Of a stretch of DNA of 64,000 bases, positions 37,565 through 47,470 are shown one piece after another (positions within the stretch are counted from its first letter, which is position 1; each line of letters begins with the position of its first letter). The notes beneath the pieces are model-generated. The model saw nothing but the letters and a program-made list of their open reading frames with translations. It was not told the DNA's origin and made no database searches. This DNA is from an uncultured virus (IMG/VR IMGVR_UViG_3300010352_001897) (taxonomy: Duplodnaviria; Heunggongvirae; Uroviricota; Caudoviricetes), in IMG/VR virus record IMGVR_UViG_3300010352_001897. The stretch is one strand, 5' to 3'. Position numbers and translations under genes: made by a program.

Positions 37565-38808
37565 TGAAGATTGTGTATAAAGATTGCATATATGAAGCAA
37601 TATCTCCATCTAAACCAAATAAGACATTGACTAAACATAAAACTATTAATGGTGGTACTTCAATTGCAAGAAAACAATATTATAAACAGTTTACAACTAA
37701 TAAGGGAAATGTAGTTAAAGTATTTTTTAGATGGGATTTTGGAAGAGAATTAAGAATTGATTTTGCAGTGAACGATTCATATAATAATGATCCCTCTAGG
37801 GATTTTGATAGAGAAATCCTAAAAGGAGTATTATATGTAATCATAAAATATGTAAAAGAAAATCCACCTGAAATTATTTCATTAGCGTTTAATGATGAAG
37901 ACGGAAATAATAAAACTAGATATGATGTCTTTAAAAATATGCTTATTAAAAATTTAGAAAATTATGAAGAATTTAGCAACATACCTAATAGAGCCATATT
38001 ATTAAAAAGAAAAGATATTGAAACAATAAATGAAACATATTCTAACGAAAATTCAATATTGCGTGACTATATGAAAGATAGCAACATTGACATATATAAT
38101 TCAGATGTAAATTGGGCATATGTTAATTGGTTAAAAAATAACTATCCAGATGAACTAGTTGAGTTTAATTCCGATGATATGTTTGATACTGATGAATTTA
38201 ATAACAAATATCCAGAAATTTTAAAAGAATTCATCGAATCAATTAAAAACAATAGAAACGATGAATATGCTTCCGCAGTGGGACATTCAGGCTATACTAA
38301 AGCCCACATGTCTCTAGTAAGTAATCAAGTACTTCCTAGAAACACTTGGTTGATTCATTTTAGTAATGATGTTGATGATATTGTTAGGATGGGGTTTAAA
38401 TTTGGAGCTGATGATGTTTCGGATTTAGCATTAACTACACATTATTCTAATGAAACTAGAAAGAAGAATCCTGGGTATAATTTTGCATTCGCTCTACAAG
38501 ATCGTACTGATTGGAAATATGCATCCGAAAGTCAAAAATATGGCAAAGGTGCCGTAATATTTCAGAGTTCGGGTGTTCGTATGGATCACTATGGAGACTC
38601 TGAAGTACAAACAGTCTTCTATGGACCTAATGTTAAGGAATTTGTTTATGTGACTTTTAATAGCAATGGGGAATGGTGTGTTATTAGTAATGTTGGGAAA
38701 AAAATATATTGTAATGAGGATTTTGAAAAAGTGGTATATTGGGTAGTAAATAATTATCAACAATACAAAAACAAAATAGTTTGGAGGCTTAATGAAAATT
38801 GTGCATAG
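37564..38808 (+). CDS. late protein with N-terminal KIVYKDCIYE motif
   Basis: 414-aa ORF; motif shared with neighbours. Confidence 0.8.
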   Translation: MKIVYKDCIYEAISPSKPNKTLTKHKTINGGTSIARKQYYKQFTTNKGNVVKVFFRWDFGRELRIDFAVNDSYNNDPSRDFDREILKGVLYVIIKYVKENPPEIISLAFNDEDGNNKTRYDVFKNMLIKNLENYEEFSNIPNRAILLKRKDIETINETYSNENSILRDYMKDSNIDIYNSDVNWAYVNWLKNNYPDELVEFNSDDMFDTDEFNNKYPEILKEFIESIKNNRNDEYASAVGHSGYTKAHMSLVSNQVLPRNTWLIHFSNDVDDIVRMGFKFGADDVSDLALTTHYSNETRKKNPGYNFAFALQDRTDWKYASESQKYGKGAVIFQSSGVRMDHYGDSEVQTVFYGPNVKEFVYVTFNSNGEWCVISNVGKKIYCNEDFEKVVYWVVNNYQQYKNKIVWRLNENCA

Positions 38809-40411
38809 AGGTTTCATATATGAATCTACCATTTTAGAGGCATATACTGTAAATGATATTAAACAGAAATATGGAAACATTGTTAAAGATTTTTTAACAA
38901 AATCTTCACCTGATCTCGATGCGACGGATCAAGATGTTAATTCGTTCATTACTGAAATATACAATGTAGACCCAAGTTCAGATAAAAAATATCTAGGAGC
39001 TATTACTCAATGGGTATTGTCAAAAAGACCTGAAGATTTAGAAACTCAAATTAAGGACTATTTACATAAGTTTAAGAAATTATTAGATCTGAATCCTGGC
39101 AAATTTGGTAATGTTTCTAAAGAAATTTCAAAAGGAAAATACACTTTAGATCAATTGAAAAATTTAGTTAATGCTAATTCAGAATTATTAGGTAAAAATA
39201 AAAATATGCTAAGAATTGAAGATAAGGTTGGGAATTTCCCTCTTGTTGGGGAAAATGAAAAATATGTTTGTTATATGGTTGATAAGTGGGTGGGCGAAGA
39301 TCAAAGAAAGAATGTTGAGCAAATTGCCAGTGGGAAAGGCCAAGAAAAGCATTTTTGTTTTAGTGGAGATGTTGACTGGTGCGTAAAATATAAGAATTAT
39401 TTTGACGGATATAATCCTCCATATTATTATTTCTTAGAAAAAGCTACGGGTAAAGAATTTGCATTACTACACATTCCTTCTTTACAAATTAAAGATATTC
39501 GAGATTCGGCTTTGAAGGCCGAGGATTTTATGAAAATAAAAGACATAGTAATACCAATATTAGTTAAATCTGAGATGCCTTACGACAATCTAGATTATGG
39601 TGATTCTGACTTTTCAGTAATTCTTTCCAATATTACTAGTGAAGAATTTAAACAAATATTTAAAAATAATGTAGGAAAGTTAGTTCTAAATGCTATTGAA
39701 ATGACTGATCTTGTAATGTTAGATAAGTTATTCAATTCATACCCTGCAAGTGAATTAATGCAACAATGTGAAGAGGTTTCCCATAAATCTCAAATAGAAC
39801 AATCCGTGAAATGGCTAGTAAAGAACATGTCCATTTACCAACTATCAGACATAGCATTAAAGGGGCTATTGGATGAATTTTATGCTGATGAAGAAATATT
39901 ATTTGTTGATACTGTCAGAACTACTACTAGCCACAACGTGGCAAGTGCATATAATAGGCGCAACGAAATTGCCAAATGGATGATTGATGAAGAATATGTC
40001 TTACCAAATTGGGATATTACGATGTATGGCATGACATTAACAGTATTCGAATGGGCAGTGTTTTCCAAAAACCTAGGTGCAGTTGAAGCCTCATTGGCAA
40101 ACCAAAGTACTGATCTTAATACTAAAGGTTTAGACGGGGACCATAGACATGATGGAGTTACTCCGTTGTACTATATTGCCAATCTTAGCAATTATGAAAC
40201 AGATCATATCTTTAATTTATTGGTGAATGATCCTAGGGTAGATGTAAATGCTTTCCGTGAGGAATATGATTCTTCAACGGGGGAATATACTGGTCGTTCA
40301 GTATTGGACAATGCAATTGAGAGTCGAGTAGATATTTTGAAATCAAAAGGTGCAAAACATTATGATGAACTACCAAATACACTAAAAGCTAAAGATAGAG
40401 GGAATTCATGA
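38792..40411 (+). CDS. late protein with KIVHRGFIYE motif and C-terminal ankyrin-like repeats
   Basis: GVTPLYY..LL..DVNA..GRSVLD.A. Confidence 0.8.
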   Translation: MKIVHRGFIYESTILEAYTVNDIKQKYGNIVKDFLTKSSPDLDATDQDVNSFITEIYNVDPSSDKKYLGAITQWVLSKRPEDLETQIKDYLHKFKKLLDLNPGKFGNVSKEISKGKYTLDQLKNLVNANSELLGKNKNMLRIEDKVGNFPLVGENEKYVCYMVDKWVGEDQRKNVEQIASGKGQEKHFCFSGDVDWCVKYKNYFDGYNPPYYYFLEKATGKEFALLHIPSLQIKDIRDSALKAEDFMKIKDIVIPILVKSEMPYDNLDYGDSDFSVILSNITSEEFKQIFKNNVGKLVLNAIEMTDLVMLDKLFNSYPASELMQQCEEVSHKSQIEQSVKWLVKNMSIYQLSDIALKGLLDEFYADEEILFVDTVRTTTSHNVASAYNRRNEIAKWMIDEEYVLPNWDITMYGMTLTVFEWAVFSKNLGAVEASLANQSTDLNTKGLDGDHRHDGVTPLYYIANLSNYETDHIFNLLVNDPRVDVNAFREEYDSSTGEYTGRSVLDNAIESRVDILKSKGAKHYDELPNTLKAKDRGNS

Positions 40412-41001
40412 AAATCGTACATAAAGGCCACATATATGAGGAAGTTACAACAGATAGAAAATATGGAAAATTATTATCCGAATTAAAGCCCAATATTAAG
40501 TCAATATTGATGTTTAGAGCTAGGGACGCAAATGATAGTTATTTCGTCCCTTACGATTATGTAACATTGTCACATAAATTTGCAATAGAACATGCGGAAA
40601 GTAATCACGCATATACTGAAGACCCACAAATAGTAATAAGGGCATTAGTTCCAGCAAAATATCTAGCAGAAGCTAGCAACCCTGGAGAATGGTTCTACAT
40701 TGGTCCAAAAATTAAAGGAAGCATTGTTTACAAAACATTAGGCGTTGAAGAATATGAAGGTAACATTCCTGATCTTAGATATTCGAAAACGCTAAATGAG
40801 GAAGTTGTTAATGGAAGTGAATATGATATTGAAAGAATTAAAAGAGATCCAAACTATGACTATAAGAACTACGATGGAGTAATGTACAGAATAACTAGAA
40901 ATACTGACGTGGAACCTACTTCAATTAATAGAATTGCAATGACTGACGACAATGAGTTCTATGAAGCAAGAATTCAAATCTGCAAATCTAGCCTTGCCTA
41001 G
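40408..41001 (+). CDS. late protein with KIVHKGHIYE motif; 3' end formed by an IS right-end relic
   Basis: 197-aa ORF; last ~13 codons match the tnpB element right end. Confidence 0.75.
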   Translation: MKIVHKGHIYEEVTTDRKYGKLLSELKPNIKSILMFRARDANDSYFVPYDYVTLSHKFAIEHAESNHAYTEDPQIVIRALVPAKYLAEASNPGEWFYIGPKIKGSIVYKTLGVEEYEGNIPDLRYSKTLNEEVVNGSEYDIERIKRDPNYDYKNYDGVMYRITRNTDVEPTSINRIAMTDDNEFYEARIQICKSSLA

Positions 41002-41025
41002 TTTTGCATAGTTTTGTTAGAACGG
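40959..41025 (+). mobile_element. solo right-end relic of the IS607-like element
   Basis: CTATGAAGCAAGAATTCAAATC..TAGTTTTGCATAGTTTTGTTAGAACGG matches both full elements. Confidence 0.85.
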
Positions 41026-41029
41026 TGAA

Positions 41030-41245
41030 TTGTTTTATAAGTGGAGGCGATTAAATCCGAAGGCTATTTCATTAAATTATTGTTTTCCTAAAGACATTAC
41101 TGCCGAAGAAAAAGAGCTTATTCCATTCCTAACTGAAGTCTTTAAATTCTTTACAGATAATGAAGAATATACACTAATTAATCAAAATCATAGACTGGAA
41201 GCACTAAAAAGACTAGGTAAAACAAACGTGTTAATTAGAAAGTGA
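41030..41245 (+). CDS. hypothetical; possibly detached C-terminus of the 40408 gene
   Basis: opens immediately after the IS relic, no SD. Confidence 0.4.
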   Translation: MFYKWRRLNPKAISLNYCFPKDITAEEKELIPFLTEVFKFFTDNEEYTLINQNHRLEALKRLGKTNVLIRK

Positions 41246-41274
41246 TTAAATTGTCTTGATTAATAAATATTGGT

Positions 41275-41634
41275 ATGGCAAATAATTACACATTTTTTCT
41301 AGACGCAACTTCTAATGGAACATCCTTGTGGCCAGTAATATTAAGTCCTGATGACTGGGGAAGTGCATATCCTCCTTCAGATAGACCTGTTATGGTTAGA
41401 GCTACTGTCAACGGGACTGGGGCGGTCACTGCCACATATACTATTTATTTCGGATCAATGATGGCAGGATCCATTGTGTATGATACAAACCCTTCTGCCA
41501 CAATTATTCTATCAGGCACTACCGTAGATACTGGATCCACAATATTCACAATAATGCCAAATAAGTATTGGAAAGTAGTATTATCCAATTTAACAGGTAC
41601 AGATGCCAAAACTACCTGCGTTGCGGAGTATTAA
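41275..41634 (+). CDS. putative virion accessory protein
   Basis: TAAATA promoter, Thr/Gly beta-rich composition. Confidence 0.65.
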   Translation: MANNYTFFLDATSNGTSLWPVILSPDDWGSAYPPSDRPVMVRATVNGTGAVTATYTIYFGSMMAGSIVYDTNPSATIILSGTTVDTGSTIFTIMPNKYWKVVLSNLTGTDAKTTCVAEY

Positions 41635-41637
41635 GAA

Positions 41638-43174
41638 ATGGCCACAGTAATTAATAATCTGTCAGAAAAGGCAAGCCTTAAGGCCCCCTGATTCTTCCAC
41701 AACAGACACAATTTATATTGATAATTCTGGGAATAATGCAGTTTTAATAAAAACAATATCTAGGGCAATTGTTCCTTCAAATTCTTCACAGCCTACCACA
41801 GAAACTACATTAACGCTAACATCTCCTCAAGGATTAGCATTAAGATTTCCTAAAGGGACATTTTCGTCAAATGCCATAGCAAACGGCAGACGTGTAATTG
41901 CCGATTTAAGTTTTGGAATAAATTTCTCACACCCTGACATAGGACTAACCTTAAAACTAAAAGCAGGGAGCACCACAATATTTCAGTGGTATTTAGATCC
42001 TAGAACAGCGGGACGTTTCCCTTCTTCACTAAATTCATGCGTTGAACTACGAGGGACTGCATATAGGACAGGCGGTGCCGATAATGCCGTTTCGCTTAGA
42101 GTACATACTGATTGGAGAGTGACAGGATATTATGCAAGTACTCTTGCAGATGAAAACTCTCATGCAGGTGGAGGAATGGGATATGAAACTTATCCTGCGG
42201 CATTTGATAATACAATTGACCAGCCATTAACTCTTACTATGCAGTGGGATACAATTCCTGCGGCCAACTATGGTGTTATTTCTATGACTCGTAACAGATT
42301 TGGTTTCCTGTCGGGCCGTGCAACATATTACATATCATCAGTTTCCGGAATTAACACTAATACTCAGCTATTTGGAAACAATTTGGATATTGGAAACGGA
42401 ACAAATATTCCTAGAGGGGTGGCTACTAGTGGAAGTAAATTATTAGTAGTTGGGACGAATGGATATATTACTGTTTCGTATGATGGAGGTAAGAACTGGT
42501 ATACTGTTTACAAGTTAGCAAGTGGAGATTTGTATAGCGCAACATATGCAAAACATCTGGGAATGTGGATAGTTGCAGGTAGTAATGGTGTAGTATATAC
42601 AAGTACAGATTTAGACACTTGGACCGCAAGGACCGCAAACGTTGGAACTTCCTCAATCCTCAACTGTACAAATAATTCAACGAGAGGATGCATTGTTGTT
42701 GCAGATGCAACCACCAATAACTACAGTGTATCGTCAGATGGAATTACTTGGGCCGCACAGACTATTGGTACTTCTTTTAATCCAACTTGTGTAGTTACTA
42801 ATGGGGCAAATGTTCTGGTGGGTGGTCGTACTGGTAAATGGGCTTTTTATAATGGTACATCATGGACATATGGAACTACTGGAAGTAGTGATTTTAGAGC
42901 ATGTCAATATGATGCAACTATTAACAAATATGCTATGGCAGGTGCGTCTGGTGCTTTAGTGTATTCGACTGATGGCACAACATGGAATACGGGTACTTGG
43001 GTAACAGCAAATACAGGAACGTCATATTGCATGACAAGTAATGGAACCGTTGCAGTTGTTTCTGGAACTAATGGAAGAATTGATTATAGCACTGACATGA
43101 TAACTTGGACTCAGTCATTACATGCACAGGCTGGCACTTTCTGGGGAGATGTTGCTACATTATATGTTGAATAA
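41638..43174 (+). CDS. tail-fibre/receptor-binding-like beta-propeller protein, split by a +1 shift at CCC-TGA (41686-41691)
   Basis: 17-codon ATG ORF, then +1 frame open 41651-43174 with no ATG/GTG/TTG until 42119; repeated S.DG.TW Asp-boxes. Confidence 0.75.
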
Positions 43175-43188
43175 AATAATGTGACAGG

Positions 43189-44256
43189 TCAAACTGTCAC
43201 ATCTTCAAGCGTAATATCGGCATCATTAGAATTCCAATTCCCTGAATTAAATACTGACTTTATTTGATATGGATTAAAGACCACGTAATGAATATCACCT
43301 TCTTCTAGATGGGGCATTCCTGGAAATTTTAATGCAACCGTGGTATCAATTATTCCATCATAATCTAACCACGTAATAATTTGTTTAAGCACTTCCCCTT
43401 CGCCGCCCTTATCCATTACAATTGATGAATTATTGTCAGTTCTTAATTGATTAATTATACTCCTGGCACTAATAACTTCGCCACACACAAACAATTCATC
43501 ATCAATTTCTAATCCAAATTTATTAAATATTTCTATTAATTCCAAAGCCTTGCCGTTAATTTCACCAAATGCATCTTCATCATCTGGATCAGTTTCTTCA
43601 CATGTCACATCAAACATACTTTCATTTTTACTACCAATGATAAAAGGATTTTCCATTTTTAGATACACTGGCATAATATTTCCACAATTCTGCCTATACC
43701 TGTTGTCAAATTCTTTAGCAACAATGTCTTTCAAATATTCTTCCAATTTGACCCTAAGGGTGAGATTAGACAAATTAGTTGCGCCTGTTTTTGGAGTATT
43801 TTTATTTTTAATGTTAATGATTGTGTTTATTTGATCCTTAGAATATTCTTTTAATGTTTCGTTTTTTAGTTCTTCTATATCGTTGTTATTAATTACGTCA
43901 TATAACACATCCTCCAGTTTAGAATAAATGAAGTGATCCCTATGAGATTTAGCATCTGGACCAAGTTCACACCCATAGTGCCCCCCTGCATCATATGGAG
44001 ATGACGTAAAATAAAACCCCTTACCTACATTATTACCTTCCCTAGTAAAATTCATATCGAATGATGAAAAGTCATTAGTGGTTCCATGGTATACTATTCT
44101 AGGTTCTCCATTTGGCCAAGTTACCTTGGAATTACCGAACCAGGATTTGAAATTAGGACTAGTAGGTGGGGTAATTTCTTCATAAATGGCTTCATAAATG
44201 AAACCTTTATATGCAATTTTTACATTAGAGTGGTGATTGTTTTTATTAGTTGGCAT
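43189..44256 (-). CDS. ADP-ribosyltransferase-like (ART-PolyVal-type) protein
   Basis: FKSWFG.SKV..G.PR.VYHGT..FSSFD..GFYFT, YDGII, VVFNP.QIKS; KIAYKGFIYE near N-terminus. Confidence 0.75.
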   Translation of the reverse strand: MPTNKNNHHSNVKIAYKGFIYEAIYEEITPPTSPNFKSWFGNSKVTWPNGEPRIVYHGTTNDFSSFDMNFTREGNNVGKGFYFTSSPYDAGGHYGCELGPDAKSHRDHFIYSKLEDVLYDVINNNDIEELKNETLKEYSKDQINTIINIKNKNTPKTGATNLSNLTLRVKLEEYLKDIVAKEFDNRYRQNCGNIMPVYLKMENPFIIGSKNESMFDVTCEETDPDDEDAFGEINGKALELIEIFNKFGLEIDDELFVCGEVISARSIINQLRTDNNSSIVMDKGGEGEVLKQIITWLDYDGIIDTTVALKFPGMPHLEEGDIHYVVFNPYQIKSVFNSGNWNSNDADITLEDVTV

Positions 44257-44297
44257 GATTACTATTTATGAAGCATCATGCATTTCCATTCTCAAGA

Positions 44298-44945
44298 TTA
44301 AGTTTTAATCTTTTTCCACAGCAAATATAGATATTCCAACACCTTATTTCTATTATCTTCGGTTAGGATTTCATCAAGATATTCGTTAGGGTCGTCCAAA
44401 TAGAGTACTTTAATGAGAATCTCTTCCACAAATGGGGCGAAATCAAATTGAGCAACTTCTTCTCTGAACTTATTTGAGTTCTTTAAGTAGGATGAGATTT
44501 GGGATAGTCTTGCATTAATTTCATTTATGTCATTATTATATGCTGATGCGCTATTTCTATTGATCTTATTGGTATATGTTCCTTGATCCTTATATGTTCC
44601 ATTTTTAAATTGGAAGTGGTGTTCTAATTCATGTGAAATTCCGATATTATCTTTCTTCGTGAACTCTGAGTTTAATATTCTTTTTGGGAGAATTATTGTT
44701 TTTCCTACACTATCGTAGAAATAGTCATTAGTGTTAGTAAACATTACACTAAGGTCACCCAAATCCTGAGATATTGGTTGTTGGTATCTTTTTGCTAAAT
44801 CTTGAACTAGTGTTTTTCTATTAATCGTGAAAATCTTATCATGTACTGCTTTTAATATTAATTCCCTAATAATCTTCACATATCCAGCTAGCTTATCTTC
44901 GTATTTGAATGACTCTTCGTAGAGGTGATTTTTAAAAAATATCAT
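44298..44945 (-). CDS. putative zinc metallopeptidase
   Basis: HELEH plus downstream EINAR. Confidence 0.65.
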   Translation of the reverse strand: MIFFKNHLYEESFKYEDKLAGYVKIIRELILKAVHDKIFTINRKTLVQDLAKRYQQPISQDLGDLSVMFTNTNDYFYDSVGKTIILPKRILNSEFTKKDNIGISHELEHHFQFKNGTYKDQGTYTNKINRNSASAYNNDINEINARLSQISSYLKNSNKFREEVAQFDFAPFVEEILIKVLYLDDPNEYLDEILTEDNRNKVLEYLYLLWKKIKT

Positions 44946-44959
44946 ATAAATATTTATCT

Positions 44960-45083
44960 ATGATATTCCAAGAAGCCACCCTACAAGATGTTTTAGATTA
45001 CATTAGTACAACAAAGGACTATACTTTAGGGAAATATCAAGGTAAGGCATCTGCACTATCAGATCCTCAATTGGCGGTAGGGG
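44960..45083 (+). pseudogene. 5' part of a 180-aa gene interrupted by the tnpB element
   Basis: joins in frame with inverted 46527-46883 and 46884-46945. Confidence 0.7.
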
Positions 45084-46526
45084 TTCGTAGCTGCTCCGAT
45101 AAATCTACGCAAAACTATGAAAATTTACGGAAAATTGTGTAGATTTTGTGGTTTAAGTTTCACTTGAAAATGGAGATAAATATTTTTCTATGAGTCATCG
45201 CAGTTTCAAGATCGAGCTTAAGCTCAACGCAACTCAGCGGATTCTCTGCGCCAAAGGCGCAGGAACCTCTCGTTATGCGTATAATTGGAAACTGCGACAG
45301 TTAAGCGAAGCATACGAAAAAGCCAAGCTAGACGCCAACGGAGCAAAGCCGAACTGCAAGTTCGGCAATGCGATCAGTTGGCACAAGGAGTGGAACCAAT
45401 TCAAGAATGAGGCTCCTTGGATTCGCGAAGTTTCTAAGTGTTGCGGCCAAGAAGCGTTGCGCGACCTTCAGGTCGCTTTTCAACGATTCTTCGCGAAGAA
45501 GAGTTCGTATCCTAATGCGAAAAAGAAGGGTCGTCGTGACAGCTTCCGCTTGACGGGGACGGTCAAGGTTGGACCTGATTGGGTCCAACTTCCCAATATG
45601 GGAAAGGTGAAACTCAAAGAACAAGGATATACAGTTTCCGAAGGTTTTATTGAGATTGCGCAAGCAACAGTTTCGAGAACCGCAGACCGTTGGTTCGTTG
45701 CATTCTCGATTGACGACGGAGTCGAGGATCAGCCGTTGGCTGACCTCGCAACCGTCAATCTCGAAGATATAGTTGGATTAGACCTTGGAACCAAAGAGTT
45801 AGGGATCACTTCGGATGGCGAAGTCTTCGCCAATCCGAAGGCTTACAAGGCGCATTTGATGCGGTTGAAGCGTTATCAGCGGCGCGTTTCGCGCCGGAAG
45901 AAAGATTCAAGCAACAAGAAGAAAGCGATTGTCAAACTTTCTCGCGTTCATGCTCGAATCGCGAACATTCGTTCGGATGCTACGCATAAAATGACCACTT
46001 CTTTGGTGAAAACCAAACCGAAGATTTTGGTCATCGAAAGTTTGCGCCCGAAAAACATGTGCAAAAACCACAACCTTGCAGGGAGCATCCTCGATGCGGC
46101 CTTTGGCCGAATCAAGGTGATGCTCACATACAAGTGTAAGCGATCAGGCATTCGCCTGATCTCTGCACCCGTGTTCTATGCAAGTTCAAAGTTTTGTTCG
46201 CACTGTGGGCGGAAGTATAAAGACCTGCAACTCTCGGAACGAGAGTGGATGTGTAAGGGGTGCGGAACGCACCACGACAGAGATGTCAACGCCTCGAAGA
46301 ATTTACAATTCTTCGGCGCGTGGTTATTGGATTTGGTTGGGAGCACCCCAACCAAAACAGATACAGGAAGCCTCGGCTTTGCCGAGCCTACGGGGAGTTC
46401 CCCCGGAAGTTACGCTTGTGAAGATGAGAGGTTACAATTCCTTACGGAACAGTGCTCACCTATGAAACAAGAATTCAAACTACAAAACCATGCGTTGCAT
46501 AGTTTTGCATAGATTTGTTAGAACGG
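45084..46526 (+). mobile_element. non-autonomous IS607-like element (tnpB only), copy 2
   Basis: same ends as 23156-24558; GC-rich relative to flanks. Confidence 0.85.
45190..46512 (+). CDS. tnpB: RNA-guided endonuclease TnpB
   Basis: GLDLG / VIESL / DRDVNA RuvC motifs, CSHC-CKGC. Confidence 0.95.
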   Translation: MSHRSFKIELKLNATQRILCAKGAGTSRYAYNWKLRQLSEAYEKAKLDANGAKPNCKFGNAISWHKEWNQFKNEAPWIREVSKCCGQEALRDLQVAFQRFFAKKSSYPNAKKKGRRDSFRLTGTVKVGPDWVQLPNMGKVKLKEQGYTVSEGFIEIAQATVSRTADRWFVAFSIDDGVEDQPLADLATVNLEDIVGLDLGTKELGITSDGEVFANPKAYKAHLMRLKRYQRRVSRRKKDSSNKKKAIVKLSRVHARIANIRSDATHKMTTSLVKTKPKILVIESLRPKNMCKNHNLAGSILDAAFGRIKVMLTYKCKRSGIRLISAPVFYASSKFCSHCGRKYKDLQLSEREWMCKGCGTHHDRDVNASKNLQFFGAWLLDLVGSTPTKTDTGSLGFAEPTGSSPGSYACEDERLQFLTEQCSPMKQEFKLQNHALHSFA

Positions 46527-46898
46527 TGACGTGAACCTTAATATTGTGAAAATCAAAATCCAAGTCAGTATTAAGTTTCTTTGAAATCAAGTACGCCTCG
46601 TTAATTAGTGACTTTAGGTCGCTATTAATGATTGGAGTGAGCGTAATTTTAAATTGAGATAATTCATCCTCACTCTCCTTTTTATGGTTAGTAATTTTTT
46701 CGTAATAATAGTCCTTCAAATAGGATTTGGAAATTCTACTTAGAAATGCATTGCCAGCTTCCTTTTTGTACTTGGCTAATAAGTCAATATATCTCTTTGC
46801 GTGATCTAATGTTCTCATTTTAAAAAGAGCAAATTCATATTCGGCAGGAACAGTAAGATTATTGGCTAACAAGTAACGAATCACCGTTCTAACAAATC
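46512..46898. repeat. 18-bp perfect inverted repeats (46512-46529 and 46881-46898) flanking an inverted 351-bp segment
   Basis: GATTTGTTAGAACGGTGA and TCACCGTTCTAACAAATC. Confidence 0.9.
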
Positions 46899-46956
46899 CA
46901 GACCAATTGTATAATTTAATTTCACAGAAATTAAGTAAAACTTAATAAATAATTCC

Positions 46957-47439
46957 ATGGGCGAACACGGCTGGACAGACTCAACGGTGGTAATGGATGT
47001 AATCAATAGACTAGACACAAAGATGGACAATATAGTCGATCGTTTAGAGGGTAAAATTGATTCCAGCAATAAACGATTAGAACAAAAACTAGATAATAAT
47101 AACGAAAATCTAGAGAAGAAAATTAACGACTGGATAGCTAAAATTGATAGCGATTTCAGTAATGTTAGAAGTCAAATAAACGACCACGAAGTTAGAATTC
47201 GTAACCTTGAGAGTTATCGTAAAGACCAAATAGAAAAAGTCTTTAATATGTTATCTAGGGCGAACGAAAATGGATCCTTGGATGGAATTACTCCTGCCAA
47301 AAAGGAAGAGCCATTTTGGAAAAAGATGATGTTACATCCTATGACGCTATTCCTAATATTCTTGATTATTCTATTTGTCTTTGTTTCTGGAAATTTTGCA
47401 GGCATTACTGAATTAATAAAAACAATTACCGCTAAGTAA
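46957..47439 (+). CDS. coiled-coil protein with C-terminal TM helix (holin-like possible)
   Basis: heptad pattern, LFLIFLIILFVFV; TAAATA upstream. Confidence 0.7.
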   Translation: MGEHGWTDSTVVMDVINRLDTKMDNIVDRLEGKIDSSNKRLEQKLDNNNENLEKKINDWIAKIDSDFSNVRSQINDHEVRIRNLESYRKDQIEKVFNMLSRANENGSLDGITPAKKEEPFWKKMMLHPMTLFLIFLIILFVFVSGNFAGITELIKTITAK

Positions 47440-47470
47440 TATTTTAGTCGTTTTGGCATAAATATTACCA

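Noticed and set aside
46480..46884. Independent 134-aa minus-strand gene
   Set aside because: Its GTG start and its end both derive from the inverted repeats; better explained as the flipped middle of the 44960 gene.
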